From: an uncultured Nitrososphaerota archaeon
GTDB lineage: Archaea; Thermoproteota; Nitrososphaeria; Nitrososphaerales; Gagatemarchaeaceae
DNA: 64,000 nt
Assembly: GCA_963838925.1 (NCBI GenBank)
Contig: CAWISW010000002.1
Coordinates: 224,001-288,000, forward strand
Reading direction: 5' to 3'
The first letter of the stretch is position 1; the number at the start of each line of letters is the position of its first letter. The position numbers and the translations under genes are program-made. Below, piece by piece: positions 16,740 through 25,800 of the stretch. The notes under the pieces were generated by a model. The model had not been told where the DNA came from, did no database searches, and saw nothing but the letters and a program-made list of their open reading frames with translations.

Positions 16740-19424
16740 TTGTCGGAGCAGAATCGCGCGATAATCGTCCGTGCCGAGGCCGACCCCGAGTCCAACAGGT
16801 ACTCGCAGGCGACCTTCGACGTAAAGTTCCACTTCCTCAGCGAGGACTCCGGCAAGAGGATAGACTTCAAGCTCTTCGAGATAGAGAGGGACAAGGACGG
16901 AAAGGTCACCAAGAAGACTTTCGTCCCGGGCACCAAGGTCTCTGGCGTGCTCGAGAAGAAGTCCGGTGTCGGCAGGGCGGACTCGGAGAAGAAGGAGCTC
17001 GTCCCTGTCGCCTACCTGATGACCTTCAAACCCGACGGCGCAAGGCCAGACGTTGCAACGACCCTCCCCCGCATATCGTTCCTGTTCGACTCCTCGGCCA
17101 ACCCTTACTTCGTCCCGCTCCCCGACGGCAAGCCCCGCGAGCTCCAAGTCCGGATCAAGCTCACCCCTGACGGAAGCGGCGGCGCGAACTCCCCAGACCC
17201 CGCGGCGGCCGACTCGCCCGACGTGGTTGCCTCTCCCTACTTCAACGTCTCAGGGCACTTCATTGTGCCGGTCGGGGGGATGGCAACCTACGACTGGTAT
17301 TCGGGGAACGCGGTCACGTTCTACTCCAACGCGAGCAAGGACGACAAGGGAACCGAGGGCGCCTTCCACGACATCGGCGACGCCATAGCCAAGGCAAAAC
17401 ACTTCGTCCTCATCTGCGACTGGTCCTTCCACCCCTACATGCGGCTCGCCCACACCGAGAAGCCGGAGATCAAGGACACGATAGGCGGGATCCTCGTCGC
17501 AAAGGCGAAGGAGAACAAGGACATCCTGATCGCGATACACACGTGGGACCACCCTGTCGTGGGGGCTGCCAAGGACAGCGACAACGACTTCGCGCACATG
17601 CAGCTCCGGGACATCGCCCGGGCGCTCGCCAAGCCGGACGAGAAGGTCGACTGGAAGCCTCCCAACCTCCTCTGGCGCGCCAGCACGCACACGGGGGTCG
17701 GCTACTCGCACCACCAGAAGATGGTCGTCGTGGACTGCGAGGCCGAGGGCCAGAAGGGCCGCAGGGACATCAAGGTCTTCTTCGGCGGGCTCGACCTGAC
17801 CAAGGGACGATTCGACTGGTGGGCGCACCCTATCATGCCGCCCCCGGAGTCGAACCCAGAGGCGAAGGCGAAGGAGGCCACCGCCTTCGACGCGACGAGC
17901 TCCGGCTTCGTCAAGGCCATCCCTGCCACGGGCTACGGGTACCGCTCGCTGGGCGGCCTCTCCAAGCAGGCCTTCGACGGGTTCAGCGTCCTGACCGAGT
18001 ACGAGTACGACGACTGGTACAACGCCGAGTTCGGCGGCAACCAGGAGATGCCCAGGCAGCCATGGCACGACATCCACGCCCAGCTGACCGGCCCGACAGC
18101 CTGGGACATGGTTAGGGAGTTTGTCGGGAGGTGGAACGTCGATCCTGCCTCCCCCGAGGCGCGCGGCGACAGGAACGTCGACGCCGTGACCAGGGTCGTC
18201 GGCAAGTTCGCGTTCATCCTCTCCGAGAGGACCGAGGACGACAAGAACTTCCTCTTTGTCCAGCAGTATGAGAAGAGGGACCCGAAGGACGGGCAGTTCA
18301 TCGGCCAGGTCCTGAGGTCGATAAAGAAGGAGCATTGGGGCCCGCCCTCCGTGGGCAACTGGTTCCCCACCAAGGTGCAGGTCGTTGGGGCATCGCCGAA
18401 GGAGTTCGAATGGATACTCAACTGGGGCTCAGAGAGCAGCATCCAGGAGGCGTACGTCCGGGCCATCGCGGGGGCGCAGAGGTTCGTCTACATCGAGAGC
18501 CAGTACTTCATCGGCGCCGGGGTCGCATACGCCAAGAGCGTCAACAACAAGATCCCGAAGACCATCGTGAAGAGGGTGCTGCAGATGATCGAGAACAAGA
18601 AGCCCTTCCACGTCTACGTCGTAATCCCGATGTACCCAGAGGGGAACCCCGACGAGGGCGCCCTCCGCGTCGTGAGGGAGTACGAGGCGAGCACGATGGA
18701 GTACATCGCCACGAACGTCCAGAACGCTTGCGAAGCGCAGGCGAAGAAGGACTCGAGCTTCAAGGGCACCTGGAAGGACTATGTCTCCTTCTACTTCCCA
18801 GCGCGGTGGGACAGGAGGGGTAAGGTCGACATCTCCGGCAAGAGGCAGAAGCGGGTCTCCGCGAACCAGAGGTACATGATCTACGTCCACTCGAAGCTGA
18901 TGATAGTCGACGACGAGTTTGTAATAGTCGGGAGCGCAAACCTGAACGAGAGGAGCCTCGCGGGGGACCGCGACACGGAGATCTGCATAGGCATGACGGC
19001 GCAGGACCAGGCCGCGCGCACGCAGGTCCAGAACTTCAGGCTCGACCTTTGGAGCGAGCTGCTGGGCAATGCAAAGGCAAAGGCCCAGCCTAAGGACGCG
19101 TGGAAGACCCCTGAGACGGCGGGGTGCGTCGGGGACATCAAGGTGAGGGCCACGAACAATTACGTCGGGCTGAGGACGAACTCCGCCACCGACACCAGCG
19201 GGTTCCTCTGCATCTTCCCGATTGACTGGGAGAAGGGGAAGAAGGGCGACTGGAACCCGGTCTTCTTCAGCGATCCGAACCACAAGGACGTGGACTGGCT
19301 GGTCATGCCCGACGCCGACAACGAGGGGACCCGCTGGATAGACAAGACCACCTGGCGATGGGACTCTCCCGGGGCGATGCGGTCCTCGGGCGCTATCATC
19401 CGCCTGACGGACCTCCCGGAGTAG
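16740..19424 (+). CDS. Eukaryote/plant-type phospholipase D (candidate CIS toxin)
   Basis: Two HKD motifs, HHQKMVVVD and YVHSKLMIVDD..IVGSANLNERS; also GGLDLTKGRFD, PRQPWHDIH, YIESQYF. Confidence 0.92.
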   Translation: MSEQNRAIIVRAEADPESNRYSQATFDVKFHFLSEDSGKRIDFKLFEIERDKDGKVTKKTFVPGTKVSGVLEKKSGVGRADSEKKELVPVAYLMTFKPDGARPDVATTLPRISFLFDSSANPYFVPLPDGKPRELQVRIKLTPDGSGGANSPDPAAADSPDVVASPYFNVSGHFIVPVGGMATYDWYSGNAVTFYSNASKDDKGTEGAFHDIGDAIAKAKHFVLICDWSFHPYMRLAHTEKPEIKDTIGGILVAKAKENKDILIAIHTWDHPVVGAAKDSDNDFAHMQLRDIARALAKPDEKVDWKPPNLLWRASTHTGVGYSHHQKMVVVDCEAEGQKGRRDIKVFFGGLDLTKGRFDWWAHPIMPPPESNPEAKAKEATAFDATSSGFVKAIPATGYGYRSLGGLSKQAFDGFSVLTEYEYDDWYNAEFGGNQEMPRQPWHDIHAQLTGPTAWDMVREFVGRWNVDPASPEARGDRNVDAVTRVVGKFAFILSERTEDDKNFLFVQQYEKRDPKDGQFIGQVLRSIKKEHWGPPSVGNWFPTKVQVVGASPKEFEWILNWGSESSIQEAYVRAIAGAQRFVYIESQYFIGAGVAYAKSVNNKIPKTIVKRVLQMIENKKPFHVYVVIPMYPEGNPDEGALRVVREYEASTMEYIATNVQNACEAQAKKDSSFKGTWKDYVSFYFPARWDRRGKVDISGKRQKRVSANQRYMIYVHSKLMIVDDEFVIVGSANLNERSLAGDRDTEICIGMTAQDQAARTQVQNFRLDLWSELLGNAKAKAQPKDAWKTPETAGCVGDIKVRATNNYVGLRTNSATDTSGFLCIFPIDWEKGKKGDWNPVFFSDPNHKDVDWLVMPDADNEGTRWIDKTTWRWDSPGAMRSSGAIIRLTDLPE

Positions 19425-19437
19425 GAGATGGCGAGGT

Positions 19438-20403
19438 TTGCTGAAGCCGTCCTACAGCCTCTCGATGGGCTCTGCGAGCGTCGACCCGGACTCTAGCACC
19501 GACCTTATCTCGCTGAGGATAGACACTTCGATGAACGGCCCCGCAGGATGCTTCGAGGCCGTCCTCCGTTCGTCTGGGGGGCTGAGCGTCTCAAGGGGCG
19601 ACTCGATCACAGCCTCCCTGGGGTACGACGACACGGAGAACGTCTTCACCGGCGTGGTCGACGTAGTCGACGCGGGCTTCCACACGGTGAGGGTTTTCGG
19701 GCTCAACTCCATCGCCAAGATGATGCGCCGGCGCGCCAACACGTCCTACGAGTCCCAGACCTGCGGTGCGATCGTCTCCGACATGGCCGGGACGGCCGAG
19801 GTCACGCCGGGGGACGTCGAGGACGGCCTCACTCTTCCTTACTACATCGTCGACAGCGACATGTCCTTCCACGAGCACACGATGAGGCTCGCGAGGAGGA
19901 ACGGCTTCGACGTCTTCGCGAACGCCGACGACGAGCTCTGCTTCAAAGCTTACGAGGCATCCTCGGCAACAACCTTCGAGTACGGCAAGGACGTCATCCA
20001 TGTCTCGAGGCTCGACCAGGAGCCGGTCTACAAGGGAGTCAAGGTCTTCGGGGAGAGCCCCTCGAGCTCCCAGGGGGAGGACTCGATTCACTGGCTCACA
20101 AAGACCCCCGTCCAAGGCGAGAGCGGCAGCGGCAACGAGCTCATCGTCCAGGACGCCTCCCTCAGGGACACCGACTCCGCCGGATCTGCTGCCGAGGCGA
20201 TCCAGGGGCGATTCTCAAAGTCAATCGCCGTCATCCTCGACGTCGTGGGGAACGCCGCCGTGAAGCTCAACGACACCGTCGAAATCTCGGAGATGCCAGA
20301 CTCTTCCATCAACGGGGAGTATCAGGTTACCCGAGTGGAGCACTTCCTCGCAAAGTCCAAGGGATTCACCACGTCCTTCCGCCTCCTCGGTTCGTCGGAG
20401 TGA
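19438..20403 (+). CDS. Baseplate hub (Mu gp44/P2 gpD/gp27-like)
   Basis: SLGYDD..VFTGVVD, LARRNGF, FEYGKDVI, GEYQVTRVEH...GFTT pattern. Confidence 0.85.
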   Translation: MLKPSYSLSMGSASVDPDSSTDLISLRIDTSMNGPAGCFEAVLRSSGGLSVSRGDSITASLGYDDTENVFTGVVDVVDAGFHTVRVFGLNSIAKMMRRRANTSYESQTCGAIVSDMAGTAEVTPGDVEDGLTLPYYIVDSDMSFHEHTMRLARRNGFDVFANADDELCFKAYEASSATTFEYGKDVIHVSRLDQEPVYKGVKVFGESPSSSQGEDSIHWLTKTPVQGESGSGNELIVQDASLRDTDSAGSAAEAIQGRFSKSIAVILDVVGNAAVKLNDTVEISEMPDSSINGEYQVTRVEHFLAKSKGFTTSFRLLGSSE

Positions 20404-20480
20404 CCTAGCGTGTCCACGCCCCCCTTGCTGACCTTAAATCGGCCCGTTGGGGAACGGGGTACCATCGGGGTAGCAGACAG

Positions 20481-20906
20481 ATGAGCGAAGAGAAGCCCGT
20501 TCTTGGCAAGGACCTTCGACTCGTCTACGCGGACGTCGGCGCAGACCTCAAGGTCTCCCCGTCCGGTGACCTCGAGCTCGTCGACGACGAGCTCAACCTG
20601 GGCCAGGCGATAGTCCACAGGATGAGGACCCGTCCCGGGGAGCTCCTTGACATCGGGCACTCCTCCTACGGCTCAAAGCTCTACGACCTCATCGGGGAGC
20701 CCAACAACGAGGCCACGCGGGAGAAGGTGAGGGCGGTGGTCATCGAGGCCCTCGAGAGGGAGCCACGAGTGAAGAAGGTCGTGAAGGTCTCTGTGACGGT
20801 GAGGAGGGACAGGCCCGACGCCGTAGACGTAGACGTGAGCCTCATCGCGACGGACACTGAGGTGCCGCTCAACGTCGTCTTCCCGTTCTACCTGGAGAAC
20901 GCATAG
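20481..20906 (+). CDS. gp25/GPW-like baseplate wedge (sheath initiator)
   Basis: NLGQAIVHRMRTRPGEL..H.SYGSKLYDLIGEP, EALEREPRV, NVVFPFYL. Confidence 0.9.
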   Translation: MSEEKPVLGKDLRLVYADVGADLKVSPSGDLELVDDELNLGQAIVHRMRTRPGELLDIGHSSYGSKLYDLIGEPNNEATREKVRAVVIEALEREPRVKKVVKVSVTVRRDRPDAVDVDVSLIATDTEVPLNVVFPFYLENA

Positions 20907-20907
20907 C

Positions 20908-22521
20908 ATGTCCTACGAGACCAAGTCCTTCGAGGAGATCACGACGTCGATGCTCGAGCAGCTCACCAAGGCGGTCGTGAGGGAGAACCTGGTCTACGAC
21001 CCGACCAAGGTCAGATACCGCCTGGGCTCCGGCGAGGACGGAATCCGCGACGTGGTCAAGGTCGAAGGCCCGGTGAAGGGGGTGCGGGCGTCCTTCGCAA
21101 AGGGGACCGACTATCGGCTCTCGGAGGGGATGTTTGAGTGGTTAGAGGGCGGGAAACGACCCGACGTCATGTCGACGTTCGAGGTCTCATACCTCTTCGG
21201 TAGCCCGTCGCCCATCACGGACGTCAACCCGGGGAGCGTCGTTCGGACCATCATCGAGGCCATAGGCCGGGAGATCGAGTACCTGTACGCCCAGAACGAC
21301 TACGTCTACAAGGCGGGGTTCATAGACACCGCCTCCGGCAACTCGCTTGACCTCGTGGTCGCGATCCTCGGCGTGCAGAGAAGGCCTGCCCAGAACGCGG
21401 CGGGGCTGGTGACGTTCGGCAGGAGGAAGCCCCCGCCGGAGTTGCCTCCACAGGAGCAGGTGATAGTCTATGACGGAGGGAAGAAGTACGACCTGAAGCG
21501 GACGCCGGTCTTCGACATCATCAGCGTCAAGGGAATGCTGCACAACCAGCCGTTCGTCTTCAAGAAGGGTGCGGACTATTCCCTCGACGGCGACTCGCTA
21601 TCGTGGCTCGAGAGCACGTTCAAGCCCGACTACCGCTCAGAGTTCAGGGTCGCCTACAAGGCGTACCAGCAAGTGGCCATACCGAAGGGGACCCGGCTCT
21701 CCACCTCCTCCCGCCGTAAGCAGGAGGTGAAGCTCTTCGAGACCACAGATGAGGCTGTCCTCCAGAGGAAGCCGCTGGGCGTTTGGGAGGTCGACGTCCC
21801 CGTGAAGGCCGTGGACGCGGGCCCCGGGGGCAATGTGCTTTCGGGAAGCATCACGCTGATGCCTCAGCCGGTCGAGACGATAGAATTCGTGGTCAACAGG
21901 CAGCCCTTGAGCGGGGGCACCGAGCCAGAGACCGACAACGTCCTGAGGGACAGGGCGAAGAAAGGGCTCCGGGCACTTGGACGCGCCACATACAACTCGC
22001 TCAAGCAGCGCATCGAGGAGATTGACGGCGTCGTCAGGCCCGTGAGGATAGACGAGATGCCCGTCCTCTACTCCGTGGAGATGGGGGGGAGCGCGGTGGA
22101 CCTGCCGGTCCCGGGCGTGGTCAGGGTCATCGTCGACGGAGGGGAGATGGACAAGATCAAACAGGCGGTCGACGACACTAGGGCCGCGGGCGTATACGTC
22201 CAGATACTTCGGCCTAAGTTCCTGCTGCTCGACGTCCGGGTGCTCCTGGAGCTACAGGACGGGACCCAGCTCGCCGACGTCGAAGAGGCGATCAAGGACG
22301 GGGTGGAGGCCTACGTCGGCTCCGTCACGACAGGCGAGACGGTGATATTCGGGAGGCTCGTAGCCGTCGCGCTGGCCTCGAAGGGGGTGAGGGACGTCAA
22401 GGGCATCGCCGTGGACTACTACAGGGACGGCCAGCCGGGCGGCAGCAGCTCCAGGGAGAACATCGTGCTAGACGCGGACGAGAAGCCAAGGGTCAGGACA
22501 GTGAGCGTGCTAGTCGGGTGA
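20908..22521 (+). CDS. Baseplate J-like wedge protein
   Basis: DVNPGSVVRTIIEA, FIDTASGNSLD, AGPGGNV, GGTEPETDNVLRDRA, RAAGV. Confidence 0.9.
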   Translation: MSYETKSFEEITTSMLEQLTKAVVRENLVYDPTKVRYRLGSGEDGIRDVVKVEGPVKGVRASFAKGTDYRLSEGMFEWLEGGKRPDVMSTFEVSYLFGSPSPITDVNPGSVVRTIIEAIGREIEYLYAQNDYVYKAGFIDTASGNSLDLVVAILGVQRRPAQNAAGLVTFGRRKPPPELPPQEQVIVYDGGKKYDLKRTPVFDIISVKGMLHNQPFVFKKGADYSLDGDSLSWLESTFKPDYRSEFRVAYKAYQQVAIPKGTRLSTSSRRKQEVKLFETTDEAVLQRKPLGVWEVDVPVKAVDAGPGGNVLSGSITLMPQPVETIEFVVNRQPLSGGTEPETDNVLRDRAKKGLRALGRATYNSLKQRIEEIDGVVRPVRIDEMPVLYSVEMGGSAVDLPVPGVVRVIVDGGEMDKIKQAVDDTRAAGVYVQILRPKFLLLDVRVLLELQDGTQLADVEEAIKDGVEAYVGSVTTGETVIFGRLVAVALASKGVRDVKGIAVDYYRDGQPGGSSSRENIVLDADEKPRVRTVSVLVG

Positions 22522-23444
22522 CGATAGAATTGGAGAGGACCAGGCGGATTGCTGACAGGCTCCCCGAGTTCTACAGGACCTGGGACACCGACTCCGTCAT
22601 CTTCAAGGTCCTCGACTCGGTGGGGCGGTCCCTCAACGAGGAGCAGAAGAGCGTCTTCCGCATCATGCGGACACACTGGGTGGACACCGCCAACCGCGGC
22701 GACCTCGACAAGCTGGGCGCGATATTCGAGCTCACGAGGACCAACGAAGAGGCCGACGACGACTATCGCGCACGAATCAAGAGCGCGCTCCGGCAGTTCA
22801 AGGGCGGCGGCACAGTGGCATCCGTCAAGACTCTGATGGCCGACTTCCTCTCCGTGAGGGAGGAGGAGCTTGAGGTAGTGGAGAACCCCGAGCGCAAAAT
22901 GTCGATTGAAAAGAGAGTCGCGGGCGGCCAGACCTGGACCCTCGGGAGCATGAGCGTCGAGGAGGCCTCCCCGGTGATCGAGATGACGCTCCAGGGCGAG
23001 GGGAATGTCGTGCTAAACCCGGCGCTGAGGAACCTGGACTCGGGCGGGCGCGTGGGCTTCGAAGGGCGGTTCAGGGTCGGCCAGAGGCTGGTCATGAGCG
23101 AGGGCTCCGCCACACTCGACGGGGAAGACGTCTCGTCTTTGGTCACCGCCTCGCCCGCGTTCCCGAGGCTCAGTTCGGGCGGCTCGCGCTGGGTCTACGA
23201 GGAGGCCATCTCGGCGAAGGTCGGCCACCTCTCGAAGAGCTCCTTCGGCTCCTCGATCTTCGCCCTTCCGGTGCCCGACGCGGTGATACGCCTGACCTGG
23301 TCAGGGAGGCAGCCCTCTACCTTCGCGCTGCGGGTCCCTCCGAGGGCACTGGCGGCCAGCGGTGTGTCCGAGGGCGAGGCCGCGGACTTTCTTAATACTA
23401 TAAAGGGAGCAGGCGTGCGGGCAGAACTGGTTGTGAAGGAGTAG
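22518..23444 (+). CDS. Baseplate wedge protein (P2 gpI/Mu gp48-like)
   Basis: RLPEFY, DLDKLGAIF..R..EADDDYRARIK...GGGTV, IKGAGV. Confidence 0.75.
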   Translation: MTIELERTRRIADRLPEFYRTWDTDSVIFKVLDSVGRSLNEEQKSVFRIMRTHWVDTANRGDLDKLGAIFELTRTNEEADDDYRARIKSALRQFKGGGTVASVKTLMADFLSVREEELEVVENPERKMSIEKRVAGGQTWTLGSMSVEEASPVIEMTLQGEGNVVLNPALRNLDSGGRVGFEGRFRVGQRLVMSEGSATLDGEDVSSLVTASPAFPRLSSGGSRWVYEEAISAKVGHLSKSSFGSSIFALPVPDAVIRLTWSGRQPSTFALRVPPRALAASGVSEGEAADFLNTIKGAGVRAELVVKE

Positions 23445-23451
23445 AGCCCCG

Positions 23452-24105
23452 TTGACCAGCTTCAAGCCAAAGATCGCGCAGCCTGGGGACACCATCACCG
23501 CGGACGACTGGAACTACATCCAGCAGGGGATCCTCGAGGACCTCGTGCGACTGGAGGCCGAGAACGCGGAGCTGAGGAGGTACGTGGACAACATGTCCGA
23601 GATCAACACGATAACCCGCCTGGACAGCCCGGAGGGCAAGTCCTACGGGCTCGACGAGAAGGTCCCGGGCGAGACCGGCACCTACGGGACCGACCTGCTC
23701 GGCTTCATCACGAAGCAGTGGCTACCGTCGGTCAGGGCCGCCTCGGTCGACATATGCCGCTTCACCGTCGCCAACCTCTTCGACCAGCTCGACTTTTGGG
23801 CCGGCGCAGAGAACGGAAACCAAAAGGCGCTGGACGTCTCCATCAGGTACGTGGACGGCTCCACGGAGACCGTGAAGAACCTCGTCGTCCACGAGAGGAA
23901 GAAGCTCTCCGCGAAGGGGGCCGAGAACCCCTACGTCGAGTTCCTGCTCGCCCCCAACCAGTGGGTGTGGTACAGGTACAGGCTGCCCAACCCCCACCCG
24001 GACAGGGAGGTTCTCTCAGTGACTTTCAAGAACTCCAATCCAAAGTCGACCACCAGGATTGCCGACGTCATGCAGCTCAGGACGAAGATCAAGCAGCTGA
24101 AGTGA
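23452..24105 (+). CDS. CIS-associated hypothetical protein (possible fibre/attachment component)
   Basis: N-terminal QPGDTITADDWN plus coiled coil, then a beta-rich domain; in operon. Confidence 0.5.
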   Translation: MTSFKPKIAQPGDTITADDWNYIQQGILEDLVRLEAENAELRRYVDNMSEINTITRLDSPEGKSYGLDEKVPGETGTYGTDLLGFITKQWLPSVRAASVDICRFTVANLFDQLDFWAGAENGNQKALDVSIRYVDGSTETVKNLVVHERKKLSAKGAENPYVEFLLAPNQWVWYRYRLPNPHPDREVLSVTFKNSNPKSTTRIADVMQLRTKIKQLK

Positions 24106-24108
24106 TCT

Positions 24109-24825
24109 TTGGTGCTAAGCGAGATCTCCAGCGGGCTCGTGAAGGCGCTCCAGGAGAGGATGGAGAGCGTAAACAAGGAGAACATAGCCTCGCGCTCGCC
24201 GCGCCTCGACCCGGTGCCCCTCCCAGCCTTGTTCGTATACAGCCCCAACTTCACGTTTGAGGACGTAGGCCTCGGCGGCGAGGGCGTGGAGGTGAAGGAG
24301 GAGAAGCGGGAGTCGTTCAGCGGGGACGGCTCGCGGACGGTCTTCTCCCTGGCAGGCAAGGCCCAGAGGCCCCTCCTGCGCGTCGAGTCGTCCACGGGGC
24401 ACCTTCAGATAGAGAACGTGGACTACAAGATGGACTACAGCAGGGGGACGATAACCTTCCGCGCGCCTCCGCCCAAGGGCTCTGAGAACGTCTCGGTCAA
24501 GTACAACTCCGCGGCGGGCGCGGGCAAGACGAAGCAGATCCACATGAACGCCACCTACAACGTCGAGGTCTGGTCGGGGAACGAGAAGCAGAGGGACGAC
24601 ATCACGGTGGACGTGATAAAGGCGGTCGCCCTCGCGCAGGAGGACTTCGCGAACAGGGGGATGCTGGTCAAGCCGGTGGAGGGCGTAGACCTCTATGCTT
24701 CCAAGGAGCTGCCAGGCGGGGTCTTCGCGAAGCGCCTGGTCTACTCCGTCGAGGCGAACCTGCAGGTGAAGATTCCAGCCTCGAGAATCGAGCGGGTGGA
24801 CGTGAGGCAGCTCCCGCCCAAGTGA
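24109..24825 (+). CDS. Putative tail terminator/cap (Pvc16/DUF4255-like) with inserted beta domain
   Basis: LSEISSGLVKALQE...PALFVY N-terminus, YNVEVWS..QRDDI; in operon. Confidence 0.45.
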   Translation: MVLSEISSGLVKALQERMESVNKENIASRSPRLDPVPLPALFVYSPNFTFEDVGLGGEGVEVKEEKRESFSGDGSRTVFSLAGKAQRPLLRVESSTGHLQIENVDYKMDYSRGTITFRAPPPKGSENVSVKYNSAAGAGKTKQIHMNATYNVEVWSGNEKQRDDITVDVIKAVALAQEDFANRGMLVKPVEGVDLYASKELPGGVFAKRLVYSVEANLQVKIPASRIERVDVRQLPPK

Positions 24826-24837
24826 GTTGGCATTGAG

Positions 24838-25470
24838 ATGAGCGGAATAGTCGAGGCGATGAAGAAGGTCGCGGAGTCGGAGGTGGGGAAGGTCCACGTG
24901 GCCGAGCTCGGCGTCGTCACATCGGTCTTCCCCCACGCCGACGAGGGCGACAACGACAACTACGAGTGCAGCGTGAAGCTCAGGGACAAGGACGTCGAGC
25001 TCCGGCAGGTCCCAGTCGCGACGCAGCACATAGGGTTCGCGAGCATCCCACAGGTGGGGGACCTCGTCCTGGTCTCGTTCGTCAATGGGGACGTCAACGC
25101 CCCAGTCATCACTGGGCGCCTCTACAACGACGAGGACCGCCCCCCCGCATCACAGGCAGAAGAGATGGTCTACATCCCTCCCTACACCTCGAACCCTGAC
25201 CTCCGCAGGATATACATCGAGCTGCCCGACCAGACGGTCACTCTCACCATCCAGGACGAGAAAGTGACAATCCACGTCGGGGACACCGACGTCGCAATAA
25301 GCAAGGAGGAGGGCGTCAGCCTCACCTCGAAGCTGCCGATATCGATAAGCACCGAGGACGACCTCTCGATAAAGGCGAAGAACGTCAAGATAGAGAGCGA
25401 CGCCGACACCGAGATCACGGCGAGCGGAAAGACCACGATCAAGGGGACCACCGTGGACCTCAACCCGTAG
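24838..25470 (+). CDS. Central spike (gpV/gp5-like, OB fold plus short beta-helix)
   Basis: ELGVVTSV, IPQVGDLVLVSFVNGDVNAPVITGRLYN; C-terminal TIKGTTVDLNP. Confidence 0.9.
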   Translation: MSGIVEAMKKVAESEVGKVHVAELGVVTSVFPHADEGDNDNYECSVKLRDKDVELRQVPVATQHIGFASIPQVGDLVLVSFVNGDVNAPVITGRLYNDEDRPPASQAEEMVYIPPYTSNPDLRRIYIELPDQTVTLTIQDEKVTIHVGDTDVAISKEEGVSLTSKLPISISTEDDLSIKAKNVKIESDADTEITASGKTTIKGTTVDLNP

Positions 25471-25479
25471 TGGGACCCA

Positions 25480-25797
25480 ATGCCAGCCGCCGCCCGCCAG
25501 ACTGATCCGGTGCAAGGCAACTGCAGCCACGGCTGCCCCATATGCCCCCACCCGGTCGTGGGGATTGTCTCCGCCGGCTCGCCGACCGTGCTCATAAACA
25601 GCCTGCCTGCAGCGAGGCAGGACGACAAGGGGCTGCACGCCCCCTGCTGCGGCCCGAACAACTTCACCGTCGCAAAGGGCTCTGGTACCGTGAACATCAA
25701 CGGAAAGCCGGCCGCGAGGAGCGGGGACAGCACAAAGCACTGCGGAGGCGACGGCTCGATACAGAACGGTAGCCCGACCGTGAACATAGGAGGCTAG
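25480..25797 (+). CDS. PAAR-repeat spike tip protein
   Basis: PAAARQTD, PAARQDD, PAARSGD; His/Cys metal ligands; GSPTVNIGG end. Confidence 0.95.
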   Translation: MPAAARQTDPVQGNCSHGCPICPHPVVGIVSAGSPTVLINSLPAARQDDKGLHAPCCGPNNFTVAKGSGTVNINGKPAARSGDSTKHCGGDGSIQNGSPTVNIGG

Positions 25798-25800
25798 TCG

